From Gammaproteobacteria bacterium (lineage in GTDB: Bacteria; Pseudomonadota; Gammaproteobacteria; Pseudomonadales; JANQJO01): DNA of 64,000 bases. Positions 40,171 through 49,378 of this stretch are shown in pieces. The position numbers and the translations under genes are program-made. The DNA lies in assembly GCA_031409375.1 (NCBI GenBank), contig JANNXD010000056.1, positions 49,014 to 113,013 of the forward strand, read 5' to 3'. Every line of letters begins with the position of its first letter. The stretch's first letter is position 1. The notes under the pieces were generated by a model. The model did not search any database and was not told the origin of the DNA. It worked only from the letters and a program-made list of their open reading frames with translations.

Positions 40171-40749
40171 ATGTCGGGATTTAAAACGAAGTGGTTGCTG
40201 GCGGTTAGTGTAGTAATGTTATCTTTTAATGTGGTCGCGGATGAAGTCTATCAAAGTGAAGATGCGCTCGCATTGCCTGCCTCACAGTCTGCGCCCTTAT
40301 GGCGTGTACGTGGAGCACTGGGTTTGGCCAGTATCAATGTTGATAGCTATGATCAAGCTCCTGCATTGGATCTGGCAGTGCAAAAAACCATTGATGAGCA
40401 GGTAGCCATTGAGTTGGGCTATGAGCATTTCAATGATTTTGATCACAGCTCGCTTGATCAAAGCATTGGTGGCGATGTGATGAAGTTGTCAGTAGTCGGT
40501 TATAGCACCTTTATCGAGCAACATCGGTATTTTTTTCGCTTAGGTGCTTTTAGATCTGATTTTGACTGGTCTGCTAGCGAATCAAGTTCAAATACTGATG
40601 TCGGTTTTTTTGGTGGCTTTGGGGTAAGTTTTAAAATTGCACCACAGCTTTCGGTGACCACTGAGCTCAATCAATTGTACGCTGCTTCGGTTGCTGAAGC
40701 TGACATCAACGTTACGCAGATTTTATTGGGTTTGGAATACGAAATTTAG
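40171..40749 (+). CDS. Small outer-membrane beta-barrel (porin-family) protein
   Basis: 192 aa; signal peptide ending VVA/DE; alternating-hydrophobicity strands. Confidence 0.6.
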   Translation: MSGFKTKWLLAVSVVMLSFNVVADEVYQSEDALALPASQSAPLWRVRGALGLASINVDSYDQAPALDLAVQKTIDEQVAIELGYEHFNDFDHSSLDQSIGGDVMKLSVVGYSTFIEQHRYFFRLGAFRSDFDWSASESSSNTDVGFFGGFGVSFKIAPQLSVTTELNQLYAASVAEADINVTQILLGLEYEI

Positions 40750-40757
40750 GCGTCAGT

Positions 40758-41846
40758 TTAAGTCGGTTCAGGGATCTTGGCGTGACGTAGTGGCAGGATG
40801 CTACGCAGTTCGGACGCCATTTTTTTTAAGCTTGCCTCGGTGGTTTCCCAATCTATGCACGCATCGGTGATGGATACGCCATAACGCAAATCTTTTAATC
40901 GCCCCGGTTTTTGATTGCCTGCTTGTAAATTACTCTCAATCATGACGCCAAAAATAGATTGATTACCATCAATGATTTGTTGCGTGATGTTTTTGAGTAC
41001 GAATGGTTGTAGTGACGGGTCTTTATTAGAGTTGGCATGACTGCAGTCAATCATGATGTTTTTGGGTAATTTGCGTATGCTCAAGGCTTGTTCGCAAAGT
41101 TGCACATTTACCGAGTCATAATTAGGTTTGCTATCGCCGCCACGCAGGACAATGTGGCCGTAGTTATTACCTTTAGTGTGTATGATGGACACTTGACCTT
41201 GTTGGTTGATACCTAAAAATCGATGTGGGTTAGCCACCGACTCCATCGCATTAATGGCGACTGCAAGGTTGCCATCGGTACCATTTTTAAAGCCAACCGG
41301 AGTCGATAACCCAGATGACATTTCTCGATGTGTTTGACTTTCTGTGGTTCTGGCGCCAATTGCAGACCAGCTGATGAGGTCTTGCAAATATTGCGGGGAA
41401 ATCGGATCTAAGGCTTCAGTAGCCGTCGGCAAACCCAAGGTTCCCAAATCATTTAATAACTGTCTACCTATATGTAAGCCTTCTTCGATTTCAAAGCTGT
41501 CATCTAAGTAAGGGTCATTAATCAAGCCTTTCCAACCCACTGTGGTGCGGGGTTTTTCAAAGTACACCCGCATGGCGATAAATAAGGTGTCTGATACTTC
41601 ATCCGCTAGGAGCCTGAGTTTTTGAGCATATTCGATAGCTGCTTTGGTGTCGTGAATAGAGCAGGGCCCTACTACGACAAAAAACCGGTGATCTTTGTGT
41701 TCAAGGATGTCGCGAATCACTTGGCGGCTGTGCAAAACGGTTTTGTGCGTAATTGGGTCCACTGGTATGTGGCTTTTTAATTCCTCAGGCGGAAGTAATA
41801 CCGTATGGCTCTGAATATTGATATTGTGAAGCAGGTCAGTTGTCAT
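40758..41846 (-). CDS. Class I (AroF/G/H-type) 3-deoxy-7-phosphoheptulonate synthase
   Basis: VVVGPCSIHD, KPRTTVGWKGL and IMIDCSHANS motifs. ATG 41846 has GAGG 4 nt upstream; the track ORF extends to 41891. Isozyme specificity cannot be read from the sequence. Confidence 0.92.
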   Translation of the reverse strand: MTTDLLHNINIQSHTVLLPPEELKSHIPVDPITHKTVLHSRQVIRDILEHKDHRFFVVVGPCSIHDTKAAIEYAQKLRLLADEVSDTLFIAMRVYFEKPRTTVGWKGLINDPYLDDSFEIEEGLHIGRQLLNDLGTLGLPTATEALDPISPQYLQDLISWSAIGARTTESQTHREMSSGLSTPVGFKNGTDGNLAVAINAMESVANPHRFLGINQQGQVSIIHTKGNNYGHIVLRGGDSKPNYDSVNVQLCEQALSIRKLPKNIMIDCSHANSNKDPSLQPFVLKNITQQIIDGNQSIFGVMIESNLQAGNQKPGRLKDLRYGVSITDACIDWETTEASLKKMASELRSILPLRHAKIPEPT

Positions 41847-41902
41847 AAACCTCAGCATGCATATTGCAAAAAAAATATACTGTAAGTGCAAATCTCAGAA
41901 TT

Positions 41903-41939
41903 AAAAAAACCCCTGAAAAAATGTAGCTGGCATCAGGGG
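41903..41939 (-). terminator. Strong intrinsic terminator on the minus strand, upstream of the DAHP synthase start
   Basis: On the minus strand, CCCCTGA (41939-33) pairs with TCAGGGG (41916-10) and is followed by T7 (41909-03). Confidence 0.7.
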
Positions 41940-42225
41940 TTTATAAAAACTTCAGATCTGCCACAAGGGGCAAGTATCACGAAGTGATCACATTATAGAG
42001 GAGACCTAATAATGCAAGCAATATGACTTCATCTCGAGTTGTTCATGTTTATGTCGGTAAAGCTGACTTGTGAGTTTTGAAATTGCCAGTTTCTATTTGA
42101 TGTTTTCTAAAAAGAAATCTTGAGTTACATTGTTACATTCTTAGAGATCTTCTACTATTGATAAGGAAGTTTAACTTATTATGTTAAATACTTGATCGAA
42201 CTTTACTCACTCACTGGGTGCTATC

Positions 42226-42990
42226 ATGGATGCCAATCGTAACTCATCTTTGGGAAATGCTTCTGCATTAGAAAAGCCACGCATACTAATTGTGGAGGAC
42301 GATGAGCGTTTAGCCAATCTTAGTAAAGATTACCTTGAAAGTAATGGTATGGATGCGTCAGTCATTAATGATGGCAAAGAAGCTATACGCCGTATTATTA
42401 AAGATCAGCCGGATTTGGTGGTTTTGGATTTAATGTTGCCGGGCGCGGATGGATTAGAGGTTTGCCGTGAAGTGCGTAGCGAGTACCATAAACCGATTTT
42501 AATGCTGACAGCACGTACTGATGATGTAGATCAAGTGTTAGGTTTAGAAATGGGCGCAGATGATTATGTGCCTAAGCCAGTTCGACCACGCGTGTTATTG
42601 GCGCGGATTCGTGCCTTGTTGCGACGCAATGATAATCAGGACTCGGTAGATAATAACGTTGTTGAAGTTCCCTTGGAACGTTTGGTTTTTGGGAATTTGA
42701 TGATTGACAATGGTGCTCGTGAAGTGCGCTTGAGTGATCTACCTGTTGATTTGACGAGCGCGGAGTACGACTTGTTATGGTTGTTGGCGTCTAATGCAGG
42801 CAAAATTTTGTCACGCGAAGCAATTTTTGAGCGGTTGCGTGGCATTGAATATGATGGCCAAGATCGATCAATCGATGTGCGTGTTTCTCGTATTCGACCA
42901 AAGGTCGGTGATGATCCTATGAATCCACGTCGAATAAAAACGGTGCGCAGTAAAGGTTATTTATTTGTTAAAGATGTTTTAATCAACTGA
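42226..42990 (+). CDS. OmpR-family response regulator
   Basis: 254 aa; receiver domain (ILIVEDDE, DLVVLDLMLPG, KP) and winged-helix output (LTSAEYDLLWLL...GYLF). Confidence 0.92.
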   Translation: MDANRNSSLGNASALEKPRILIVEDDERLANLSKDYLESNGMDASVINDGKEAIRRIIKDQPDLVVLDLMLPGADGLEVCREVRSEYHKPILMLTARTDDVDQVLGLEMGADDYVPKPVRPRVLLARIRALLRRNDNQDSVDNNVVEVPLERLVFGNLMIDNGAREVRLSDLPVDLTSAEYDLLWLLASNAGKILSREAIFERLRGIEYDGQDRSIDVRVSRIRPKVGDDPMNPRRIKTVRSKGYLFVKDVLIN

Positions 42991-43079
42991 CGCTTTTATT
43001 AGCTGGTTATTTAGCTGGCGTGCTTGCGCGGCACAATAGTAATTGTTTTATATCGCGCTCAGGTGAATAGTCCGCCGTC

Positions 43080-44753
43080 ATGAATAGTATATTTGTTCGT
43101 ATTTATGGTGGCATGTTGGTGTCAATGATTGTTGTTGGCCTGATTTCCTATGTTTTGATCGTACAAAGCAATACCCACTTTAATATGGCCTACCATGAGG
43201 CCATATTAAAGGGCTCGTTGCGATTAGTAGCCGTGGGCATGTCTCGGTATCAAAATCAGGCGCGTGCCGACTGGTTAGATTTTTGTCGGAATCACTTGGG
43301 TTTAGATTTGCAGGTCAAGTCAGTTATCAGTGCCGGCTTGCCGGATAATGTGGTGCACGAAGTGAAGCGCCACCAAGCAGTCGTAAGCCGAAGTTTAGGA
43401 AATAAAACCTTGCAGGTTTATGCATTGGTGCCCACTTCAGAAAATTTAATTGTCTTTGCAGAATTAAGTCAATTCTCAGAACAGCAGGTGTATGGTTCGG
43501 TAGAGTTGATTCTTAAAGAGCTGCAAGCCCATCCTGCAGTAGAATGGGAATCTTTGTTAGCTGATTTACAAGAGATGTTTGGATTTTCTTTGCAGCGGAG
43601 TGATCCTGCGCAATTGGTGCTATCTGTTGCGCAACGCCAGCAATTACGTGAAGGCCAGACAGTTTTGCAGTTTAACAATAATGCGCAAAACTTATCAACG
43701 CTGCAGGTGGTCGCTGCTATACCGGATGAAAGCGATTATCTGGTTATGGGGCCAGTTAATTTATTCGATTTTTTGCCGTTTCATTTATTTATTGTTTGCG
43801 GAGTGGTTGCCATTATTGTCATGGGTTTCACTTCTTATGTATTGGTGCGGCCATTGTTGGTGCGTCTAAAACGCTTAGAGGAAACGGCAGTAAAAATTCG
43901 TCGAGATGATTTGAGTGCTAGGGTAACGGTGGATAGTCATGATGCTTTGGGTCGCTTGGCTTCGACCTTCAATGATATGGCGGAGCATATTCAGCGCTTA
44001 ATTAGTTCTCAACGAGAAATGACGAATGCAGTGTCGCATGAACTGCGTACGCCGGTGGCACGCTTACGTTTTGGATTAGAAATCGTCGCTGATTGCGATG
44101 ATACTGAAAAGCGTTTGCAGCATTTAGAGGGAATAGATGGTGACATTCAAGAGTTGGAAACTTTGATCGATGAGATTCTTACCTATGCTTCTTTAGAAGA
44201 AGGTACGCCATCGCTCAATATGCAAATGGTGGAGATTGATGTCGTTTTGGCTCAAGTGAAAAAAGAAACTGATCAATTGGGGCGGGGGGTCAGTATTGAG
44301 CATGTTCCATCCCAAGAAGCGGGCGAGTTACGCTTTGCGGAATGCGAAGAGCGTTACATTCATCGCATTACTCAAAACTTGGTGGGTAATGCCACGCGTT
44401 ATGCGGCTTCGCATGTGCGTATTTCTTCAGCATGTGAAGGCGGCATGTATCGCATTGATATAGAAGACGATGGTCCAGGTATTCCGCCAGACCAATGGGA
44501 GAAGGTGTTCGTGGCGTTTACTCGCTTGGATGATAGTCGCACACGTTCCTCAGGTGGCTACGGTTTGGGTTTGTCGATTGTGGAACGCATCGCCTACTGG
44601 CATGGCGGCGTGGCGAATGTTAATCGCAGCAGTTTAGGTGGCGCCAAGTTCACCGTTATCTGGCCACGCAAACAAGCGTTGCGAAAAACCATGACGGAAA
44701 ATCTTTCAAGTCAGCAACATAAAACGCGCTTCTGGCAGGCTAAATCCTCCTGA
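43080..44753 (+). CDS. Sensor histidine kinase (two TM segments, HAMP, HisKA, HATPase_c)
   Basis: 557 aa; H-box SHELRTPV, N-box NLVGNATRYA, G-boxes DDGPGI and GGYGLGLSIV. Confidence 0.92.
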   Translation: MNSIFVRIYGGMLVSMIVVGLISYVLIVQSNTHFNMAYHEAILKGSLRLVAVGMSRYQNQARADWLDFCRNHLGLDLQVKSVISAGLPDNVVHEVKRHQAVVSRSLGNKTLQVYALVPTSENLIVFAELSQFSEQQVYGSVELILKELQAHPAVEWESLLADLQEMFGFSLQRSDPAQLVLSVAQRQQLREGQTVLQFNNNAQNLSTLQVVAAIPDESDYLVMGPVNLFDFLPFHLFIVCGVVAIIVMGFTSYVLVRPLLVRLKRLEETAVKIRRDDLSARVTVDSHDALGRLASTFNDMAEHIQRLISSQREMTNAVSHELRTPVARLRFGLEIVADCDDTEKRLQHLEGIDGDIQELETLIDEILTYASLEEGTPSLNMQMVEIDVVLAQVKKETDQLGRGVSIEHVPSQEAGELRFAECEERYIHRITQNLVGNATRYAASHVRISSACEGGMYRIDIEDDGPGIPPDQWEKVFVAFTRLDDSRTRSSGGYGLGLSIVERIAYWHGGVANVNRSSLGGAKFTVIWPRKQALRKTMTENLSSQQHKTRFWQAKSS

Positions 44754-45083
44754 TCATTTGCGTAATATTTGATTTTTTTGTAGCTATTCAGCACCCTATC
44801 AAGAAAAGTAATGTAAAAAAAGTTTGATAGGTTTTTTGGCTAAAACTTTATTTTAAACATACCAATTGAAGGCCCTGAAAAATGACAAGTAAAATGGGCA
44901 AATCAAGCGCATGTAGCTGGATAAAGATACCAGCCTAGGGGGAGCTTTACGAGTATGGAATTTAAAAGCGCCCCACCGCGAAGATAAAGCGCATTTTTTT
45001 GACTTAAAAAAAGTAGCCTTTTTAAATGCTCAGACTTGATTGGATGACTGAGTCATGTGTACCGCTGAGTTTTAATTTGCGTG

Positions 45084-45230
45084 TTACACGCCGCCGCGCC
45101 GGAGCACGCGGATCAATATGATCACCACTGCGGCGACTAATAGAATATGAATAAAACCGCCCATGGTGTAAGCAGACACCAAGCCGAGCGCCCAAAGTAC
45201 CAGTAAAACAACCGCAATGGTTTCTAACAT
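45084..45230 (-). CDS. lmo0937-family small membrane protein (48 aa); below the ORF-track size cut-off
   Basis: Manual translation gives MLETIAVVLLVLWALGLVSAYTMGGFIHILLVAAVVIILIRVLRRGGV; GGAGA SD 6 nt before the ATG; two TM helices and the family's YTMGGFIHILL core. Confidence 0.75.
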   Translation of the reverse strand: MLETIAVVLLVLWALGLVSAYTMGGFIHILLVAAVVIILIRVLRRGGV

Positions 45231-45371
45231 ATTCGTTTCTCCGTGGATTGGTTTGGGTTACATCGTTTAGCTGAACGCGCTTGCCATCAGCCAAATTTTA
45301 AAGATTGATGACTTCTGTCTGTGCGTTATCCAACATAACGCGCTTAAATGACCTTGTAATAATTACAGAGT

Positions 45372-46226
45372 ATGGCGTTGCTTATCAGTATGGGCAGCGG
45401 TAAACTTCCGACGGTCAAAAATTCACTAGCTCACACAATTAACTTAATTTTAATGCTCCAGCTATTCTTTTTACCCAAGGAAACCAGTACCTTGCCAGCA
45501 GCTGCCCCAGAAAAAGCCGCCCCTGAACAAAATCATTTATTGGCTGCATTGCCAACCGAAGTAAAAAACCGCTTGTTTTCCTCGCTTGAGTTGGTTGAGT
45601 TTGTCCTTGGCGATGTTCTTTATGAGTCGGGCGATACGTTAACGCATGTCTATTTTCCAACAGATTCGATCATCTCCTTGTTGTATGAAATGGAAAACGG
45701 TTCCTCTGCTGAAATTTCGGTTGTTGGCAATGAAGGCTTGGTCGGTGTCGCTTTGTTTATGGGTGGCGAAAGCACACCGAGTCGAGCCATCGTGCAAAGT
45801 GCTGGTTCTGCTTATCGCTTGCCAGGTCAAAAAATTAAAGATGAATTTAACCGCCATGGTGACGTGCTCGTTATCCTTTTGCGTTATACGCAATCCTTAA
45901 TCACGCAAATGGCACAAACCGCCGTTTGCAATCGTCATCACTCGATTGATCAACAGTTGTGTCGTTGGCTACTGTTATCGCTAGATCGTTTGCCCAGTAA
46001 TCAATTGACCATGACACAAGAATTGATTGCTAACATGCTCGGTGTACGCCGCGAAGGTGTTACCGAGGCTGCTGGAAAATTGCAGTTACTCGGTGTGATT
46101 GAATATAGCCGTGGTCATATTACCGTATTAGATCGCCCCAGACTTGAACAGCTCAGCTGTGAATGTTACGCCGTTGTCAAAAAAGAAAGCGACCGATTGT
46201 TAGCACCGATTCATCAAAATTTATAA
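45372..46226 (+). CDS. Crp/Fnr-family transcriptional regulator (start uncertain, possibly ATG 45453)
   Basis: NHLLAALP start of the cNMP-binding-like domain; C-terminal HTH MTQELIANMLGVRREGVTEAAGKL. Confidence 0.88.
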   Translation: MALLISMGSGKLPTVKNSLAHTINLILMLQLFFLPKETSTLPAAAPEKAAPEQNHLLAALPTEVKNRLFSSLELVEFVLGDVLYESGDTLTHVYFPTDSIISLLYEMENGSSAEISVVGNEGLVGVALFMGGESTPSRAIVQSAGSAYRLPGQKIKDEFNRHGDVLVILLRYTQSLITQMAQTAVCNRHHSIDQQLCRWLLLSLDRLPSNQLTMTQELIANMLGVRREGVTEAAGKLQLLGVIEYSRGHITVLDRPRLEQLSCECYAVVKKESDRLLAPIHQNL

Positions 46227-46245
46227 CCTGTCCCATCCTTGGAAA

Positions 46246-46818
46246 TTAAAAATTCATCGACACGCCAAGACTGGCAACATCAACATGCGCTGAAGCGTCA
46301 GCATTAAATGCAAACTCATCACCAACTTTGTAACGCTCCATTTCAGCTCTAATCGCAATGGTTTCTGATAGGTTGAAGTTGGCACCAACCCCATAAAAAT
46401 TCTCGTTACCGGTAATGGTATCGCTAAAGGTATTGAGCACCACCACCTTATCACGCCACCACAACCGACCGCCTTTGATAAACACCTCGAAGCGATCAGC
46501 AAACGGATAAAACCCAACTAACGCAATCGTGTTGCCGGTGAGATCCGCCGAGTAACCATTATGACCTGATGTACCATAATCATTCACAGCGCCTTCAACG
46601 CCGATATAATCGTTATATTTGCCGCCGACAAAAACCTTCAGCGCTGAAATATTATTTTCATCAAAATCAGAATCGTTGACTCGGCTTAAGCCGTATGCAC
46701 CCCCGACATAATATCCAGGTTCGGCATTGGCTGAATTTGTCGCGAGTAAAAGTGCTCCGGTCATGCTAATGGCTAAGGTAGCCCGCATTATTTTGGTGTG
46801 ATTGGTTAAGTTCAACAT
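46246..46818 (-). CDS. Small outer-membrane beta-barrel protein (OmpA-like TM / porin family)
   Basis: 190 aa; signal peptide ...ANA/EP; ends VSMNF, an aromatic terminus. Confidence 0.65.
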   Translation of the reverse strand: MLNLTNHTKIMRATLAISMTGALLLATNSANAEPGYYVGGAYGLSRVNDSDFDENNISALKVFVGGKYNDYIGVEGAVNDYGTSGHNGYSADLTGNTIALVGFYPFADRFEVFIKGGRLWWRDKVVVLNTFSDTITGNENFYGVGANFNLSETIAIRAEMERYKVGDEFAFNADASAHVDVASLGVSMNF

Positions 46819-46901
46819 TTTGAAATCCTTTTAAAATTAAGACCAGTTTGAAATTTCGATCGTCGATTTAACCTGTGTCATTGACGAAACGTGTGAAGCA
46901 T

Positions 46902-47189
46902 TTAACAACAGCGCTTTTTTTTCATGCGTTTCGCGCCTAAACCCAGCAACAACATGCCGGTGCCAATCGCAGCTAGTTGCCAAGGATGTGCGTGGGCATA
47001 GTCATTACCGGCTTTAACCGATGTTTTGGCGTGATCGCTTATGCTGCTGCCGATGGCATCTAATGATTTTGTGGTTGAATCAACATATTGAGCAAATGCC
47101 GCTTTAGCATGTGCAAGCTCATCTCCTGTGAGTGCACGGGTGGATTTAATAAAGTGGTTGAGCTGTTCTTGAATGGTATCGGTATGCAT
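46902..47189 (-). CDS. DUF883 (ElaB/YqjD-like) membrane-anchored stress protein
   Basis: 95 aa; helical N-terminal part, then HPWQLAAIGTGMLLLGLGAKR C-terminal anchor. Confidence 0.65.
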   Translation of the reverse strand: MHTDTIQEQLNHFIKSTRALTGDELAHAKAAFAQYVDSTTKSLDAIGSSISDHAKTSVKAGNDYAHAHPWQLAAIGTGMLLLGLGAKRMKKKRCC

Positions 47190-47215
47190 ATGGAACTCCT
47201 AGGTTGCTACAGAAT

Positions 47216-47249
47216 GGTCGAAACACGAGATTTCGACCGGTTTTTTTTT
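47216..47249 (+). terminator. Strong intrinsic terminator on the plus strand, lying between two minus-strand genes
   Basis: GGTCGAAA (47216-23) pairs perfectly with TTTCGACC (47231-38), 7-nt loop, then GG followed by T9 (47241-49). Confidence 0.7.
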
Positions 47250-47282
47250 AACGCGATAGCGGTTGTATCCAACGAACTCGTG

Positions 47283-48140
47283 TTACTGAGTAGCTGTCTG
47301 TGGATTGGCAATGATGACTTCCACGCGGCGATTTTGTTGGCGTCCTGTAGAAGAATCATTGCCTGCGACCGGATCACCTTCACCTTTACCCGATGCTTCC
47401 AAACGATTAGAGGCGACGCCTTCTCTCACTAAATACGATTTAACCGCGTTGGCGCGACGTTCCGATAAATTAAAGTTGGAATCTTCACTGCCCACACTGT
47501 CCGTGTGACCCTCAATAATGACGCTGCGCTCGGGATATTTATTCAGAAAGTTAGCGAGTTTGCCAAGGTGATTGGCTGCACCACCTTTGAGCTCCGACTT
47601 GCCTGTTGCAAACAATAAATCCCCGAGCGTGACCACCAAACCGCGTTCGGTAGTTTTGGCATTTAACTCATCGATTTGTCGCTGTAACTCATCGGTTTGT
47701 TGTCTGGCGAGCTGTGTGTCTTGACGTGCAGAATTCGCATCCATTTTGGCCATGTCGGCTTCTTGCGTACGCGAATCCAAGCGGGCAGTTTGACGTTGTT
47801 CGCTCAAATTTTTTCGTTGATCTTCGAGCAAGCGACTTTGTGCTTGCGCACTGGCAATATCGACTTTGCGATCGGCCATCCATACCAAGTGGGCAGCCAG
47901 TGCTTTATCTTTTTGGGGTTGCTCCGCACTGCGCACAGCTTCTTCAGCTGCATTAATGGCAACTGGTGCACGACTCGCCAATTGTGCGTCCGATTGCAAT
48001 GTGGTTAATTTAATGCGGACTTCATTAGCGCCTTCGGGTTTTTTTATCGAAGAACAGCCAGCGAGTAATAAAGAGGAAAAGGATGCGGTAGTGACCGCGA
48101 TGGTGATGATTTTTTTAATGTCCCGCTTATCGATTTTCAT
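47283..48140 (-). CDS. OmpA-family lipoprotein with an N-terminal DUF4398-like coiled region
   Basis: Lipobox LLAGC; C-terminal OmpA_C domain (FATGKSEL...IEGHTDSVGS...NLSERRANAV...NRRVEV). Confidence 0.88.
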   Translation of the reverse strand: MKIDKRDIKKIITIAVTTASFSSLLLAGCSSIKKPEGANEVRIKLTTLQSDAQLASRAPVAINAAEEAVRSAEQPQKDKALAAHLVWMADRKVDIASAQAQSRLLEDQRKNLSEQRQTARLDSRTQEADMAKMDANSARQDTQLARQQTDELQRQIDELNAKTTERGLVVTLGDLLFATGKSELKGGAANHLGKLANFLNKYPERSVIIEGHTDSVGSEDSNFNLSERRANAVKSYLVREGVASNRLEASGKGEGDPVAGNDSSTGRQQNRRVEVIIANPQTATQ

Positions 48141-48640
48141 TGGTGAGCTCCTGAATGGTTAATCATCGGTTGCATAGTCATAGGTTGCATAGGCATGGGT
48201 TGCATGGAATTATTTCGGTGCATTTCTTGTTTCATAGTCTCGGTGCTATTTTTCATTTCATCATTAACGGATTTTGCTTTGACGGCCTCTGACTTGGCAG
48301 ATGCCAACTCGGCATCGACGCGCGCTTGTTCTGCTAAGCGCTGCGCTTCCACCATTTTTTCTTGATGCACGGCATCGCGTGCAGCGCTGAGTTTTTCGCG
48401 TGCTTCACCGAGTTCAGGCGATGCATAATCCGCAACACGCGCTTGCTCGGCATTGCTAATCGCAAGCTCCGCAGCTTGTAGGGCTTGCGTGGGTGGTGGC
48501 GCGGAAGCGCAAGCTGTGATGGTGATTAAGCTGGCCGCTGTGCTGATTAAAAATAAAAAATGCCGACAAGTTTTTAATGTTGGCCTGCTTTTATCCTTGG
48601 CATCATGTTCAGATTGCAAGGCGTCATTCATCTTGTTCAT
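48137..48640 (-). CDS. DUF4398-like lipoprotein
   Basis: Lipobox ITAC; helical Ala/Glu-rich body; 4-nt overlap with the downstream OmpA-family gene. Confidence 0.6.
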   Translation of the reverse strand: MNKMNDALQSEHDAKDKSRPTLKTCRHFLFLISTAASLITITACASAPPPTQALQAAELAISNAEQARVADYASPELGEAREKLSAARDAVHQEKMVEAQRLAEQARVDAELASAKSEAVKAKSVNDEMKNSTETMKQEMHRNNSMQPMPMQPMTMQPMINHSGAHQ

Positions 48641-48712
48641 ATTGATTTCCTTAGTTGAGTAATAATGGGTGAGTAAAAATTTATTAACAGTGATAAAAAT
48701 TTAGAATTAACG

Positions 48713-49234
48713 TTAATGATGAAATGCTAATTCTGGCGAAGATAAATGCTGCAAAACATTATGCTGACCTAATGCAATGGGTTTGCCGGCCACAACAGAA
48801 GCGGCCATGGCCAACATGCGTACGACCTTACTGTTGGGCGTATCCCAATATTCAGCAATATCGGGTATAAATTTAAGTAGCGCTAAGTAGGTTGATTCAG
48901 GTCCATCGGGAAACCACGGACGCGCCAGAGGCGTCCATAACATCTCGATATGCGCACGATGTGTTTCCAGTTCGCCATGACCCGACATGGTGACAAAAGT
49001 ACCGCGTGTTGCATCCATAAAAGTTAAGTTAAGAATATTCAACTGCTCAGCTTTAGCTGAACGTAGATCGGTAAAGAACCACAGCGCTCCATTGCTATCC
49101 ATTTCCAAAGCGGACATAGGGCGACTGATGAGTGTCCCACTGGTATTTAAGCTGGTCATCATGCCAACCGACATGTTCTCGATTAATTTGCAAAGTTGGC
49201 TACGATCATTACTGGTTTGATTTTCGGTTTTCAT
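48713..49234 (-). CDS. General stress protein 26 / pyridoxamine 5'-phosphate oxidase-like FMN-binding protein
   Basis: 173 aa; VGMMTS...G.LISRPM...GALWFFTD...K and WFPDGPES..YLALLKF pattern. Confidence 0.8.
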   Translation of the reverse strand: MKTENQTSNDRSQLCKLIENMSVGMMTSLNTSGTLISRPMSALEMDSNGALWFFTDLRSAKAEQLNILNLTFMDATRGTFVTMSGHGELETHRAHIEMLWTPLARPWFPDGPESTYLALLKFIPDIAEYWDTPNSKVVRMLAMAASVVAGKPIALGQHNVLQHLSSPELAFHH

Positions 49235-49378
49235 CTAAAGCTCCTGGGATATTCAACTATCCTGTGACATTTAAAGAAGACGTTAACTTTTTAAGGCATA
49301 CAATATATTCCCGTGATCTGTCATTTAACCGAGCTAGTCCAAGTGAGCATGACGGTGCTGATTTTTTTCTTAAAGAAA

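Noticed and set aside
45022-45294. 90-aa minus-strand ORF from the track
   Set aside because: It is replaced by the 48-codon lmo0937-like ORF in another frame, which has an SD and a recognisable family core.
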